Shown here piece after piece: positions 1-8,337 of a stretch of 64,000 nucleotides of DNA. The notes under the pieces are model-generated. The model saw nothing but the letters and a program-made list of their open reading frames with translations. It had not been told where the DNA came from and ran no database searches. The DNA is from Chthoniobacter flavus (GTDB lineage: Bacteria > Verrucomicrobiota > Verrucomicrobiia > Chthoniobacterales > Terrimicrobiaceae): assembly GCA_945883435.1 (NCBI GenBank), contig CAMCXK010000002.1:4051-68050 (forward strand), read 5' to 3'. Numbering within the stretch: position 1 is the stretch's first letter; each line of letters starts with the position of its first letter. Made by a program: the position numbers and the translations under genes.

Positions 1-348
1 AATGACGCTCAAAAGTTCACTGTCCTTGACCGGCTTGGTTAGAAAATCCACCGCTCCCGCCTTGATCGCGCGCACGCTCATGGGAATGTCGCCCTTGCCG
101 GTGATGAAAACAATGGAGAGGTCGCACCCTTCCGCATTCAGGCGGGACTGCAATTCCAAGCCAGTCATTCCCGGCATTGCCTCGTCGAGAACGAGGCACC
201 CGCACCCGGTCGGCCTCGGGTGCTCGAGAAAACGGGTGGCGCTCACGAACGAAGCCACATCAAACCCCTCGGCTTTCAACAGACGCGTGAGGGCTTTCAG
301 AAGGGCGGGCTCGTCGTCCACAAGATAGATTTTCGGGGAGGCACTCAT
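1..348 (-). CDS. Response regulator receiver domain (FixJ/NarL-type). The 3' end runs off the window.
   Basis: Absent from the ORF track because it leaves the window. Reverse translation from the ATG at 346-348 gives MSASPKIYLVDDEPALLKALTRLLKAEGFDVASFVSATRFLEHPRPTGCGCLVLDEAMPGMTGLELQSRLNAEGCDLSIVFITGKGDIPMSVRAIKAGAVDFLTKPVKDSELLSVI. This is a canonical REC domain (DD pair, phospho-acceptor D, T, K). The ATG overlaps the kinase stop (ATGA). Confidence 0.85.
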   Translation of the reverse strand, partial: MSASPKIYLVDDEPALLKALTRLLKAEGFDVASFVSATRFLEHPRPTGCGCLVLDEAMPGMTGLELQSRLNAEGCDLSIVFITGKGDIPMSVRAIKAGAVDFLTKPVKDSELLSVI

Positions 349-2165
349 AGGCTTTCAGGATTCAGAGGCAGCGTGAAATGGAAGGTGGCTCCACGGGTGC
401 GGTTGCGATCGGCCCACAACCGGCCTCCGTGGGCCCGGACAATTGACTGGCAAATGGTAAGGCCCAGACCGAGGCCGCGGAGTTTGGTTGTTTGAAAGGC
501 TTCAAAAACCGAATCCGTATCCTCGGGGAGTCCGCAACCGGTGTCCTTCACCGAAAATCGCACCACGGGTCCTTCCGTCACGCAGGAGATGGTCAACACC
601 CGCTCGCGGCATTCTTGCATGGCCTCACAGGCGTTTTTGAAAAGATTGAGCAGGACCTGCTCGATGGGAATCCGGTCGGCGGGCAAAAGCGGCAGCCTCT
701 TTGGCAGGCGGCGGACCACTTGGATCCCTGCGGCTTTTAGATCCGGCAGGCAAATCTTCAACGCCTGATCGATCAAGGCGGACGCCGCCACGGGTTCCAA
801 AACGGGCACGCCCTGCTGCAGGATCGAGCGGAGGCGTTTGATGACATCCGCCGCCCGGATGTCGGCCGCCACGATATCGTCCAAAATCTCCTGTAATTCC
901 CGCAAATCTGGATTCTCCCGTGCGAGAAGCCGCTGGGCCGCCTGGGCATTGCTCAAAATGATCGCCAAGGGCTGGTTGATCTCATGGGCCAGAGAGCTGG
1001 AAAGTTCACTGACCGAGGCCACGCGGGTGAGTTGCTCCATTTTCTGCCGCTGGTTGGCCGCCTCGCGCTCGTAGGCGCGCTTTGCGCTGATGTCGATACC
1101 GAGTCCGACGGCATGCGGAGACCCCTGCAATTCCAAGGCGGTCAATCGCAGAAGGTGCGGCGCCGTGGAGCCGTCCTTGCTGAGAACCTCGGCCTCGAAT
1201 TCCGCACTGCCCTCTTCAAAGACCCTTGCGCATTGGGCGAGAAAAAGCGGTCGGTCGGCCTCGGAGAAAAACTCCGGCGATTTGCGGATCGAGGTCTCTT
1301 GGCGTGAAAGCCCGGTGGTTTTTTCATGCTGGCTGTTCCAGCGCACCATGTCGCCTTCCCGGGATTGAAGAAACAAGATGCCCGGAGCACCCTCCAGCAC
1401 GGCGTCGGTGAGTTGGCGTTGGCGGCCGAGTTCGACCTCGCGGCTTTGCAGCGTCTCGGCAAGGCGTGCCGCGCGAAGCATGTCCTCGCTGAGTTCGATG
1501 CCCATGACGATGACGATGCCGAGAAAAAAGAGGCTGGCCACCAGCGGGGCATCCACCACGCCCCAGAGGACCAGCATCATCTGGAGTGAGAGGGCGAGCA
1601 CAAAAAACACGGAGCTCAGTCCCACACGGAGGGCGCGGTTGGGGCTGTGTAGACGATAGCTTCGCAGGGTGGTGTCGACCAGATAGGCCGCCAGCAGGAG
1701 CAGGCTCAATTGACCAACGATGGTGAGGGGATTCGGTATGCCATCCACCACGCTGACCACCGATCCCAGGAATGGAATGCGCCGGATCTCCTCCAGCGAA
1801 GTGTAGTAAACCGCAGGGCTGACGATGAAATTCAGCACCAACCCGAGAGTGCGTGTGCCGATAACGGTCCACTCGAGCCAGGGCCGGCCGGCTTTCAAGG
1901 AAAAGTGGATGAAGACGACCAGGGCGATGGTCACCAGCCAGCGAAGGAAATTATAGAGTTGGAGGGCTGTTCCGTAATCCTCCAGCACGTTCAAGTGCAT
2001 CATCCACAACTCACACCCCGCCATGCCGGCGGTTCCCGCCGCAAGGATGCAAAATGCCAGGCTGTCGAGCGCCGTCCGCCGTCGGATCCAGACGAACCCG
2101 TGAATGCCAGCCAGCGTCAGGGAGGCAGCCGCCGTCATCGACCAAATGAGCGTCACCCAGTTCAC
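345..2165 (-). CDS. Membrane-bound PAS sensor histidine kinase (multi-TM input domain, PAS, HisKA, HATPase_c)
   Basis: 606-aa ORF. The first ~230 aa hold several hydrophobic helices, followed by a PAS-like segment. H-box SSLAHEINQPLAIILSNAQAAQ. ATPase boxes LLNLFKNACEAM, DTGCGLP, GLGLGLTICQSIV. The GTG start overlaps the upstream stop (GTGA). Confidence 0.9.
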   Translation of the reverse strand: MNWVTLIWSMTAAASLTLAGIHGFVWIRRRTALDSLAFCILAAGTAGMAGCELWMMHLNVLEDYGTALQLYNFLRWLVTIALVVFIHFSLKAGRPWLEWTVIGTRTLGLVLNFIVSPAVYYTSLEEIRRIPFLGSVVSVVDGIPNPLTIVGQLSLLLLAAYLVDTTLRSYRLHSPNRALRVGLSSVFFVLALSLQMMLVLWGVVDAPLVASLFFLGIVIVMGIELSEDMLRAARLAETLQSREVELGRQRQLTDAVLEGAPGILFLQSREGDMVRWNSQHEKTTGLSRQETSIRKSPEFFSEADRPLFLAQCARVFEEGSAEFEAEVLSKDGSTAPHLLRLTALELQGSPHAVGLGIDISAKRAYEREAANQRQKMEQLTRVASVSELSSSLAHEINQPLAIILSNAQAAQRLLARENPDLRELQEILDDIVAADIRAADVIKRLRSILQQGVPVLEPVAASALIDQALKICLPDLKAAGIQVVRRLPKRLPLLPADRIPIEQVLLNLFKNACEAMQECRERVLTISCVTEGPVVRFSVKDTGCGLPEDTDSVFEAFQTTKLRGLGLGLTICQSIVRAHGGRLWADRNRTRGATFHFTLPLNPESL

Positions 2166-2806
2166 GACACAAGTGCCGGCGGGCGGCTTTTAACCACGCG
2201 TCTTGCCTCGCCGATCAAGAGGCTGCAGGCATCGGTGCACAGGAGCGGAATCCGGCCGTTTTCCAGAGCGGGGGATCGGAATGGAACCCCGTCCGGTATT
2301 GGCCAGAGGATTTGTCGCAGGCAACCCGGTTTGCAAAGGGTGTTCAGGATTTTTTCAGCTTCGAGATTCGTCGTCAGACCCGTGATCCGATACATCCCGG
2401 TTTGGCGGTCGAAAGTGCGCCGGAGCGGCGTGGCAAGCGGGTCTCCGCGCAGGAATCCGCGCCAGTTGGCGAGGGCAGCCGGGTAGAGGAGATCAATCGC
2501 GAGGCGGAGGTCACTGGAGGTCGACAATTTCAAAATCCAGCCCCGGCGTAGGTTGGGAGCTGTTTTCAAGGGACGGTGGTTTCCCTCGTCGTCGAGCAGC
2601 GCAATGCGCGATGCGTCATGAGGGTCGCTGAACACTTCCAGACCGGACTGCCCTCGATCGCCGGCATGGCACAGATGGAATCGGTCGCCCGAAAACGCGA
2701 ACTCCACTTGTCCGATCCGCGAGAAGCCTTCATGCAAAGCGGCGTCGAAGAAGTCCGCCAACGTCGAGCGGGCCGCCTCGCGGAGGGAATCATGGGCGTT
2801 TGCCAT
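2162..2806 (-). CDS. Hypothetical protein, DR2241-family-like (putative 4Fe-4S binding, four conserved Cys)
   Basis: 214-aa ORF. Motifs PLKTAPNLRRGW and RQTGMYRIT plus two Cys pairs (CKPGC, CTDAC) match my recollection of the DR2241 family small proteins. Not verified by search. It starts 12 nt after the ligase stop, and its own stop overlaps the kinase start. Confidence 0.55.
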   Translation of the reverse strand: MANAHDSLREAARSTLADFFDAALHEGFSRIGQVEFAFSGDRFHLCHAGDRGQSGLEVFSDPHDASRIALLDDEGNHRPLKTAPNLRRGWILKLSTSSDLRLAIDLLYPAALANWRGFLRGDPLATPLRRTFDRQTGMYRITGLTTNLEAEKILNTLCKPGCLRQILWPIPDGVPFRSPALENGRIPLLCTDACSLLIGEARRVVKSRPPALVS

Positions 2807-2818
2807 AAATCCAGATTT

Positions 2819-5476
2819 TCAAACCGGCCCTTCAGTGACGAGTTTTTTTGCCGACTCCAACGTATCGATCTCGGTGGCGGATTTGTCGCGGCGGATGCGA
2901 ACGATGCGCGGAAACCGGAGTGCGAGACCCGAATCGTGGCGGCGGCTTGGGCGAATCGCGTCAAATGCGATTTCCAGAACCACGCGGGGTTCCACGAGGA
3001 TCTTGTTGCCGGATTTTGAAAGCGCCGAAGCAAGGAATTCATCGGTGAGCGAGGCGATCTCCCGGTCAGTGAGGCCGGTGTAGGCCTTGCCAAGCGTGGC
3101 CAAACCGCCCGTATGCTGATCGCGCAAGGCGAATGTGTAATCGCTCAAAACGGCCCGGCGCTTTCCGTGGCCATACTCGGCAGCAATCACCACGACATCA
3201 AGGGTGGCCAGGCGTTTCTTGAGTTTGATCCAGGCGGGTCCCCGTCGCCCCGGCGTGTAGGCGGAAAAAGGATCTTTGGCGATGAGGCCTTCGTGTCCTG
3301 ATTTGCGAACGGCATCGAATCGGATGTCGATCTCCCCGGCGTTCGCTGCCTCGAGGCGGGGTGCTGTCTGAAATCCCGCTGGCCAGGCGATCGTCTCGAG
3401 GCGGGCCCGGCGCTCGCCCAGAGGCGCTTTGAGAAGATTCTCATCATCCAGAAGCAGCAGATCAAACGCCTGGAAAACCACTGGAATCTCACCACCCAGG
3501 AACAAATCCGCCTCGATCCGTCCAAGGCGCCTCTGCAGGTCCTGAAAGGGCAGGGGGCGGCCATCCCGCCACGCCAGAATTTCGCCGTCGAGGATCATGG
3601 TTCGTCCCAGACGGGGTGCGGCCAATTCCGGAAATGACGGGGTGATACATTTTTGGTCACGGGTGAAGATCTCTGTCCTCCGCCCGTCGGAATGCACTTG
3701 GGCACGGATACCGTCGAACTTGGGTTCGAGCCAGACGGTCTCGAGGTGGGCAAATCGCCTCCACACCGACGTCGCATCGGGTTCGGGCGAAGCCAACATG
3801 CATTTGACGGGATGGAAAATCGCCGTTTTGCACTCGTGCAAGCGTTGATCCCGCGCCATGCAGGCCACAGCACCAAGATGCCCTTGAAGCATGTTGGCTT
3901 CCCGAATTTCCTCCAGTGGGACGCCGAAAGCCTCCGCCAAGGCTTCTTCGAGCAAGCCTTCTTTCAAACCGATGCGGAGGTCCCCGGAGAGGATTTTCAC
4001 AAGGTGGCTTGCGCAAGCCGGGTGTGAGGCCCGGAAAAAAGCCTCCAGAAGTCCGCTCTTGGCCAATCCCCCTCTGGCCGCGCGAAGGTCCCGCAGGAGC
4101 GTTCCGACCTGTTCCATCGAGGGATTGCCACTGGCGGGTTGGGCTTCCATCACCATCCGGGCCGTGCGGCCGAGATCATTGAGGCTCCGCACGATAGCCT
4201 TGAAATCGCTGGTCCCAAGTCCGGATGCCCGCTTCAAGGCCATCGATACAACGGCCCGTCCCGCCTGATGCGGAGCGCCGTCAGAGGCTGGAAACGCCCG
4301 TCCGGAAAGCCAGACGGCGGCGAGTTCGAGTTCGGAATCCCGGAGTGATTTGAAAAATGCGGCCAGAACGGCTGTCTTGGCTTTTTTCCCGGTGAGTCCG
4401 GCAATGGTGTCACAAGTGTTGCAAAATCCGAGAAACCCATCGGCTTCCAGCGGGGCGGAGGTTTCGAGGGGAGGCACAACCCGCGTTCGGTCCGGCAACC
4501 GTAGCCCGAAATCGAGCTGGTTGGGTCCTGTCAAGGCCCAGGCTTCGATCCCTCGGCTCCGCAAGTCCGCGGCAAACTCGGCGGCGAATCCGTGGACTGT
4601 CAGAACCCTTTTCGGAGCCACCCTCTCGACATGGCGCAGGAGGTCGTCGTATCCCGCATGGTCGGAAAGCGCAAAAGCGGCGTCGCATCGCATGCGGTGA
4701 ACGGCTCCGGCATCCATCGCCCAGCCGGTGACCGCCGCCACACGGCGCCTCGGGATGGATGCCATGGCCTTGCCTCCAGCCGCGCCGGGGGGGCAGATGA
4801 GAACATGGCCGCCCGCCGCGCGCGGATCCCATGCTGTGGTCTCGGGAAACGCGATGCCTGCTTCACGATAAAACGGCACCAACCTCGCAATGGAGGGGTG
4901 AAGCATCACGCGAAATCCGGCCCCTTCGAGACCCGCCAGGATTTCCTGCGCCTTGCCGAGTGAATATCCAAGCAGGACCGGGTTTTCCCCGTCCTCCAGT
5001 GTCTCGGTGCAAAATTTGAGAATGCCTGCAAAAACCTCCTCGAAGGGTGGAAACACGTAGCGCGGCAGGCCGTAGGTCGTTTCCATGACCAGGGTCCCGG
5101 CATGGACCGCCCCGGCGGTCTCCGCGCTGATGCCCTGCCGGAGTTTGAAGTCGCCCGTATACAGAAGCGTGCCCCCGTCTGTTTCGATCCAGGCCTGTGC
5201 GGATCCGAGAACATGACCCGCCGGAACCAGGCGGATGCGGAACGCTCCGAAATCCCGCAACTCGTCGAACGGGAGCGGAACCGCATCGCCACACGGAGCT
5301 CCCATGCGGGCCTCCATGAAACGCAGGGTCAGTGGCGTGGCGATCGTTCGCTCATGGCGGCCGGTGTGATCGCTGTGGGCGTGCGACACAAATGCCAGCG
5401 GCTTCGAATGGCGGGGATCCAGCCAAAGCCCTGCTGCGGGAAGATGCAGCGCTCCGTCGTGGCGGACGTCGACCAT
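2819..5476 (-). CDS. Fusion protein: MBL/beta-CASP-type exonuclease (N-terminal) plus ATP-dependent DNA ligase (C-terminal)
   Basis: N-terminal part has HxHxDH (VSHAHSDH, nt 5366-5383). C-terminal part has ligase motifs KFDG (Lys codon 3719-3721), LDGEILAW, FQAFDLLLLD, EGLIAKD and WIKLKK. The track ORF extends to 5572. I trimmed to the ATG at 5474-5476 (MVDVRHDG), which lies 4 nt after the crcB stop. Confidence 0.85.
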   Translation of the reverse strand: MVDVRHDGALHLPAAGLWLDPRHSKPLAFVSHAHSDHTGRHERTIATPLTLRFMEARMGAPCGDAVPLPFDELRDFGAFRIRLVPAGHVLGSAQAWIETDGGTLLYTGDFKLRQGISAETAGAVHAGTLVMETTYGLPRYVFPPFEEVFAGILKFCTETLEDGENPVLLGYSLGKAQEILAGLEGAGFRVMLHPSIARLVPFYREAGIAFPETTAWDPRAAGGHVLICPPGAAGGKAMASIPRRRVAAVTGWAMDAGAVHRMRCDAAFALSDHAGYDDLLRHVERVAPKRVLTVHGFAAEFAADLRSRGIEAWALTGPNQLDFGLRLPDRTRVVPPLETSAPLEADGFLGFCNTCDTIAGLTGKKAKTAVLAAFFKSLRDSELELAAVWLSGRAFPASDGAPHQAGRAVVSMALKRASGLGTSDFKAIVRSLNDLGRTARMVMEAQPASGNPSMEQVGTLLRDLRAARGGLAKSGLLEAFFRASHPACASHLVKILSGDLRIGLKEGLLEEALAEAFGVPLEEIREANMLQGHLGAVACMARDQRLHECKTAIFHPVKCMLASPEPDATSVWRRFAHLETVWLEPKFDGIRAQVHSDGRRTEIFTRDQKCITPSFPELAAPRLGRTMILDGEILAWRDGRPLPFQDLQRRLGRIEADLFLGGEIPVVFQAFDLLLLDDENLLKAPLGERRARLETIAWPAGFQTAPRLEAANAGEIDIRFDAVRKSGHEGLIAKDPFSAYTPGRRGPAWIKLKKRLATLDVVVIAAEYGHGKRRAVLSDYTFALRDQHTGGLATLGKAYTGLTDREIASLTDEFLASALSKSGNKILVEPRVVLEIAFDAIRPSRRHDSGLALRFPRIVRIRRDKSATEIDTLESAKKLVTEGPV

Positions 5477-5480
5477 CTTT

Positions 5481-5873
5481 TCAGGAGGCGATCGGGTGGG
5501 GTGCCAGGCGCAGGCCAAGCCAAGTCGCCAGAAGACAAAAGGCCACGGTCGCGAAAACATGCCCGAAGGCATCGAAAAAGCGACCTTCGTTCAACAGGTG
5601 CACGGTTTGCAACGAGAAGGAGGAGAATGTGGTGTAGCCCCCGAGAACTCCGACCAGCAGCGCGTCGCGAAGCACTGGATGGGCGGGCAGGACGCCGGCC
5701 GGAGCCGTGAGTCCGCTCAAGAAGCCGATCAAAAAGCAACCGCTCACGTTCACAAAAATCGTGCCCCAGGGCAGGTGATGACCGGTTTTGGCCTCGAGCC
5801 AATGGGAAATGATGGCGCGGGCTGCCACACCGGCGGCGCCGCCGGCCATCAGGGCGATGTGGCTCCATTTCAT
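5481..5873 (-). CDS. crcB: Fluoride ion channel CrcB/FluC
   Basis: 130 aa, four hydrophobic helices. Family-typical GTIFVNVSGCFLIG and GGYTTFSSFS. Trimmed from the track ORF to the ATG at 5871-5873 (MKWSHIAL), 10 nt after the nadB stop. Confidence 0.9.
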   Translation of the reverse strand: MKWSHIALMAGGAAGVAARAIISHWLEAKTGHHLPWGTIFVNVSGCFLIGFLSGLTAPAGVLPAHPVLRDALLVGVLGGYTTFSSFSLQTVHLLNEGRFFDAFGHVFATVAFCLLATWLGLRLAPHPIAS

Positions 5874-5883
5874 GGACTCAGGA

Positions 5884-7476
5884 TCAGAACCGCCGCAGGT
5901 GGGTGTCACGCAAAAACCGGGCGTCGTCGCGTTCCGGGTAATCCAGCGTGAAATGCAGCCCCCGGCTTTCCTTTCGGCCCAAGGCGCAATCGACCACGAG
6001 CGAGGCGACGGTCACCAGATTGCGAAGTTCGAGCAGGTCGGTCGAAACCTTGAAATTCCAATAAAACTCCTGCACCTCGGCGTGCAGGTTGCGCAGGCGG
6101 GTGGCGGCCCGTTGAAGGCGCTTGTCGGTCCGCACGATGCCGACGTAGTCCCACATCAGGCGGCGGACCTCCTCCCAGTTGTGCGAGATCACCACCATTT
6201 CATCGACATCCTGCACGCTGCCGGCGCGCCACTCGGGAAGATCGACGGCCACCGGTTCCCGCTGTTTGCGGGTGGCTTTTTCGAACGCCCGGTGGGCCAT
6301 CACCACCCCTTCAAGAAGCGAGTTGCTGGCCAGGCGGTTCGCCCCGTGCAAGCCGGTCGAGGCCACCTCGCCGATGGCGTAAAGACCGCGGATCGACGTT
6401 TCGCCATGCAAATCGGTTTTGACTCCCCCGCACTGGTAATGCGCGGCGGGCACCACGGGGATCGGTTCTTGCGTCATGTCCAAGCCTGCTTTCAAGCACG
6501 TCTCATGAATCGTCGGAAACCGCGAGCGGACGAAGTCGGCCGGTTTGGCGCTGATATCGAGGTAGACGCATTTTGCGCCGCTGCGTTTCATTTCGGCGTC
6601 AATTGCGCGGGCCACGATATCACGCGGGGCGAGTTCCTTGAGGGGGTGCGTCTTGTCCATGAAGCGCCGGCCTTTTTCGTTGATCAACACCGCCCCCTCG
6701 CCGCGCAGGGCCTCGGAGACGAGAAACGACTTGATCGAGGGATGGTAGAGACACGTTGGGTGGAATTGGATGAATTCCATGTTTTCGATCACCGCTCCCG
6801 CGCGCCAGGCCATGGCCACGCCGTCGCCGGTGGCGATGTCCGGATTGGTGGTGTAAAGGTAGATTTTACCGCATCCACCGGTCGCCAGAATCGTGGTGTC
6901 GCTGCGCAGCGTTTCCACCACCCCTTTTTTTTCATCCAGCACGTAAACTCCCACGCAGCTGTTTTCGATGGCGAATCCGAGCTTCCCGGTGGTGATGAAA
7001 TCCACAGCCATGTGGTGGTCCATGACCTCGATGCGCGGGTGGGAGGCGATTTGCGCGAGGAGGGTGTTTTCGATTTCCCGCCCGGTGGAATCCTGAAAAT
7101 GGAGAATCCGGCGTTTCGAGTGGCCGCCTTCGCGGGTCAAGTCGAGTTCCTCGGCCCCGTTGCGGTCGGTCCGGCGGTCGAAATGAACCCCCATGTCGAT
7201 CAACTCGGCAATGCGGTCCGGTCCCTCGGTGACGATGGTGCGAACGGCCTCTTCGCGGCAGAGGCCCGCGCCGGCCTCAAGGGTGTCGCGGATGTGCAGG
7301 CCGAAGGAATCCTCGCCGCTCATCACACAGGCCACGCCCCCTTGGGCCCACGCGGTGTTCGAGTCGGCCAGCCGGCGTTTGGTGATCAAGGCCACCCGGC
7401 CCTTGGCGGCGGCTTTGAGCGCATACGACAGGCCGGCAATCCCGCTTCCCAGAACGATGTGGTCGAAAAATCTCAC
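5884..7476 (-). CDS. nadB: L-aspartate oxidase
   Basis: FAD motif DHIVLGSGIAGLSYALKAA with fumarate reductase/succinate dehydrogenase flavoprotein-like similarity throughout. 530 aa after trimming to the GTG at 7474-7476, which overlaps the panC stop (GTGA). The 680-aa track ORF is an artefactual extension into panC. Confidence 0.9.
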   Translation of the reverse strand: MRFFDHIVLGSGIAGLSYALKAAAKGRVALITKRRLADSNTAWAQGGVACVMSGEDSFGLHIRDTLEAGAGLCREEAVRTIVTEGPDRIAELIDMGVHFDRRTDRNGAEELDLTREGGHSKRRILHFQDSTGREIENTLLAQIASHPRIEVMDHHMAVDFITTGKLGFAIENSCVGVYVLDEKKGVVETLRSDTTILATGGCGKIYLYTTNPDIATGDGVAMAWRAGAVIENMEFIQFHPTCLYHPSIKSFLVSEALRGEGAVLINEKGRRFMDKTHPLKELAPRDIVARAIDAEMKRSGAKCVYLDISAKPADFVRSRFPTIHETCLKAGLDMTQEPIPVVPAAHYQCGGVKTDLHGETSIRGLYAIGEVASTGLHGANRLASNSLLEGVVMAHRAFEKATRKQREPVAVDLPEWRAGSVQDVDEMVVISHNWEEVRRLMWDYVGIVRTDKRLQRAATRLRNLHAEVQEFYWNFKVSTDLLELRNLVTVASLVVDCALGRKESRGLHFTLDYPERDDARFLRDTHLRRF

Positions 7477-8309
7477 CGGATGGCTGGGAGGGGAATGTTG
7501 TCGATCAGGCGGGCCTTGCCAAGTCGCACGGCCACGACAAGACGGCCCTCGGACCTGCGGGAGGCTAGGGGTTCCAGCGAGGCGGCGTCCACCGCTTTCA
7601 CATAATCGATGGTCGCACCGGGAATTTCCTCGATCAAACGGCGGCACAGGGTTGCGGCGGCATCCGGCGATTTTTTTGTGGCACCCGCCTTCATGGCGGC
7701 ATGGATGCGCGGAGCCAAGGCACGTTCGCCGGAGGTCAGATAGGCATTGCGCGAACTGGCTGCCAGTCCATCCGGTTCGCGCACAGTGGACACTCCGATG
7801 ATATCGACCGGAAAATGCAAGTCCCGTGTCATGCGGCGGAGAATGGCCAATTGCTGCCAGTCCTTCTCGCCGAAGAGGGCGGCATGCGGTTGAACAATCA
7901 AAAACAGCATTCCCACCACTGTGCAAACGCCTTCAAAGTGACCCGGACGAAACGGACCGCAGAGATGCTCCCCGAGCGCGCTCTCGCGAATCCGCACACT
8001 GGCATCGCGCGCATACAAGGCTCCAACCGAGGGAGCGAAGACCGCATCCACTCCACACCGGCGGCATGCAGCCAAATCCGCCCCCATCGGCCGGGGGTAG
8101 GCTTCAAAATCCTCTCCGGCACCAAACTGGGTGGGGTTCACAAAAATCGAGGCCACTACGGATCCCTGCTTGCCGGCACAACGCCTGGCCTTGCGGAGCA
8201 ACATCTCGTGCCCGTGGTGCAAAGCCCCCATCGTCGGAACCAGAACCACTTTCCCGCCGCACGAGGAACGCCACTTCCTGTAGCTTGCGGGAGATTTGAA
8301 AAGTTTCAT
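7473..8309 (-). CDS. panC: Pantoate--beta-alanine ligase
   Basis: VVLVPTMGALHHGHEMLLRKAR (HIGH-type motif). 278 aa after trimming to the ATG at 8307-8309 (MKLFKSPASY). Confidence 0.9.
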   Translation of the reverse strand: MKLFKSPASYRKWRSSCGGKVVLVPTMGALHHGHEMLLRKARRCAGKQGSVVASIFVNPTQFGAGEDFEAYPRPMGADLAACRRCGVDAVFAPSVGALYARDASVRIRESALGEHLCGPFRPGHFEGVCTVVGMLFLIVQPHAALFGEKDWQQLAILRRMTRDLHFPVDIIGVSTVREPDGLAASSRNAYLTSGERALAPRIHAAMKAGATKKSPDAAATLCRRLIEEIPGATIDYVKAVDAASLEPLASRRSEGRLVVAVRLGKARLIDNIPLPAIR

Positions 8310-8337
8310 CCGGGGAGGACGAAATGAATTGCCGCGG

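Noticed and set aside
5874-5883. Fluoride riboswitch expected upstream of crcB
   Set aside because: Only 10 nt separate the nadB stop from the crcB start, so there is no room for the ~50-nt crcB motif. A GGCGATGG string near 43549 was checked and lacks the rest of the fluoride-riboswitch consensus (no CGCC pairing partner, no CUGAUG...CUAC arm). It is also not upstream of crcB.
5788-7605. 605-aa + strand ORF opposite nadB. Analogous long antisense ORFs occur at 11645-12778 (gyrB), 33587-35965 (glnD), 40218-42249 (ispG), 57355-58554 (mrdA) and 60010-61512 (rng).
   Set aside because: Those I checked (nadB, rng) are codon-aligned antisense frames of confidently identified genes, and the others have the same composition. 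There is no independent evidence for coding.
7477-7926. N-terminal extensions of track ORFs. Examples: nadB to 7926, panC to 8387, exo-ligase to 5572, crcB to 5909, yrbG-like to 28613, hisA from 20810, lipB from 28196, ispG to 42242, epimerase-like to 40623, Wzy/TPR to 39628, Na/Pi to 30922.
   Set aside because: The extensions overlap the confidently called upstream gene, are Arg/Pro/Gly-rich with no family similarity, and an internal start sits exactly at or next to the upstream stop codon. All were trimmed to those starts.
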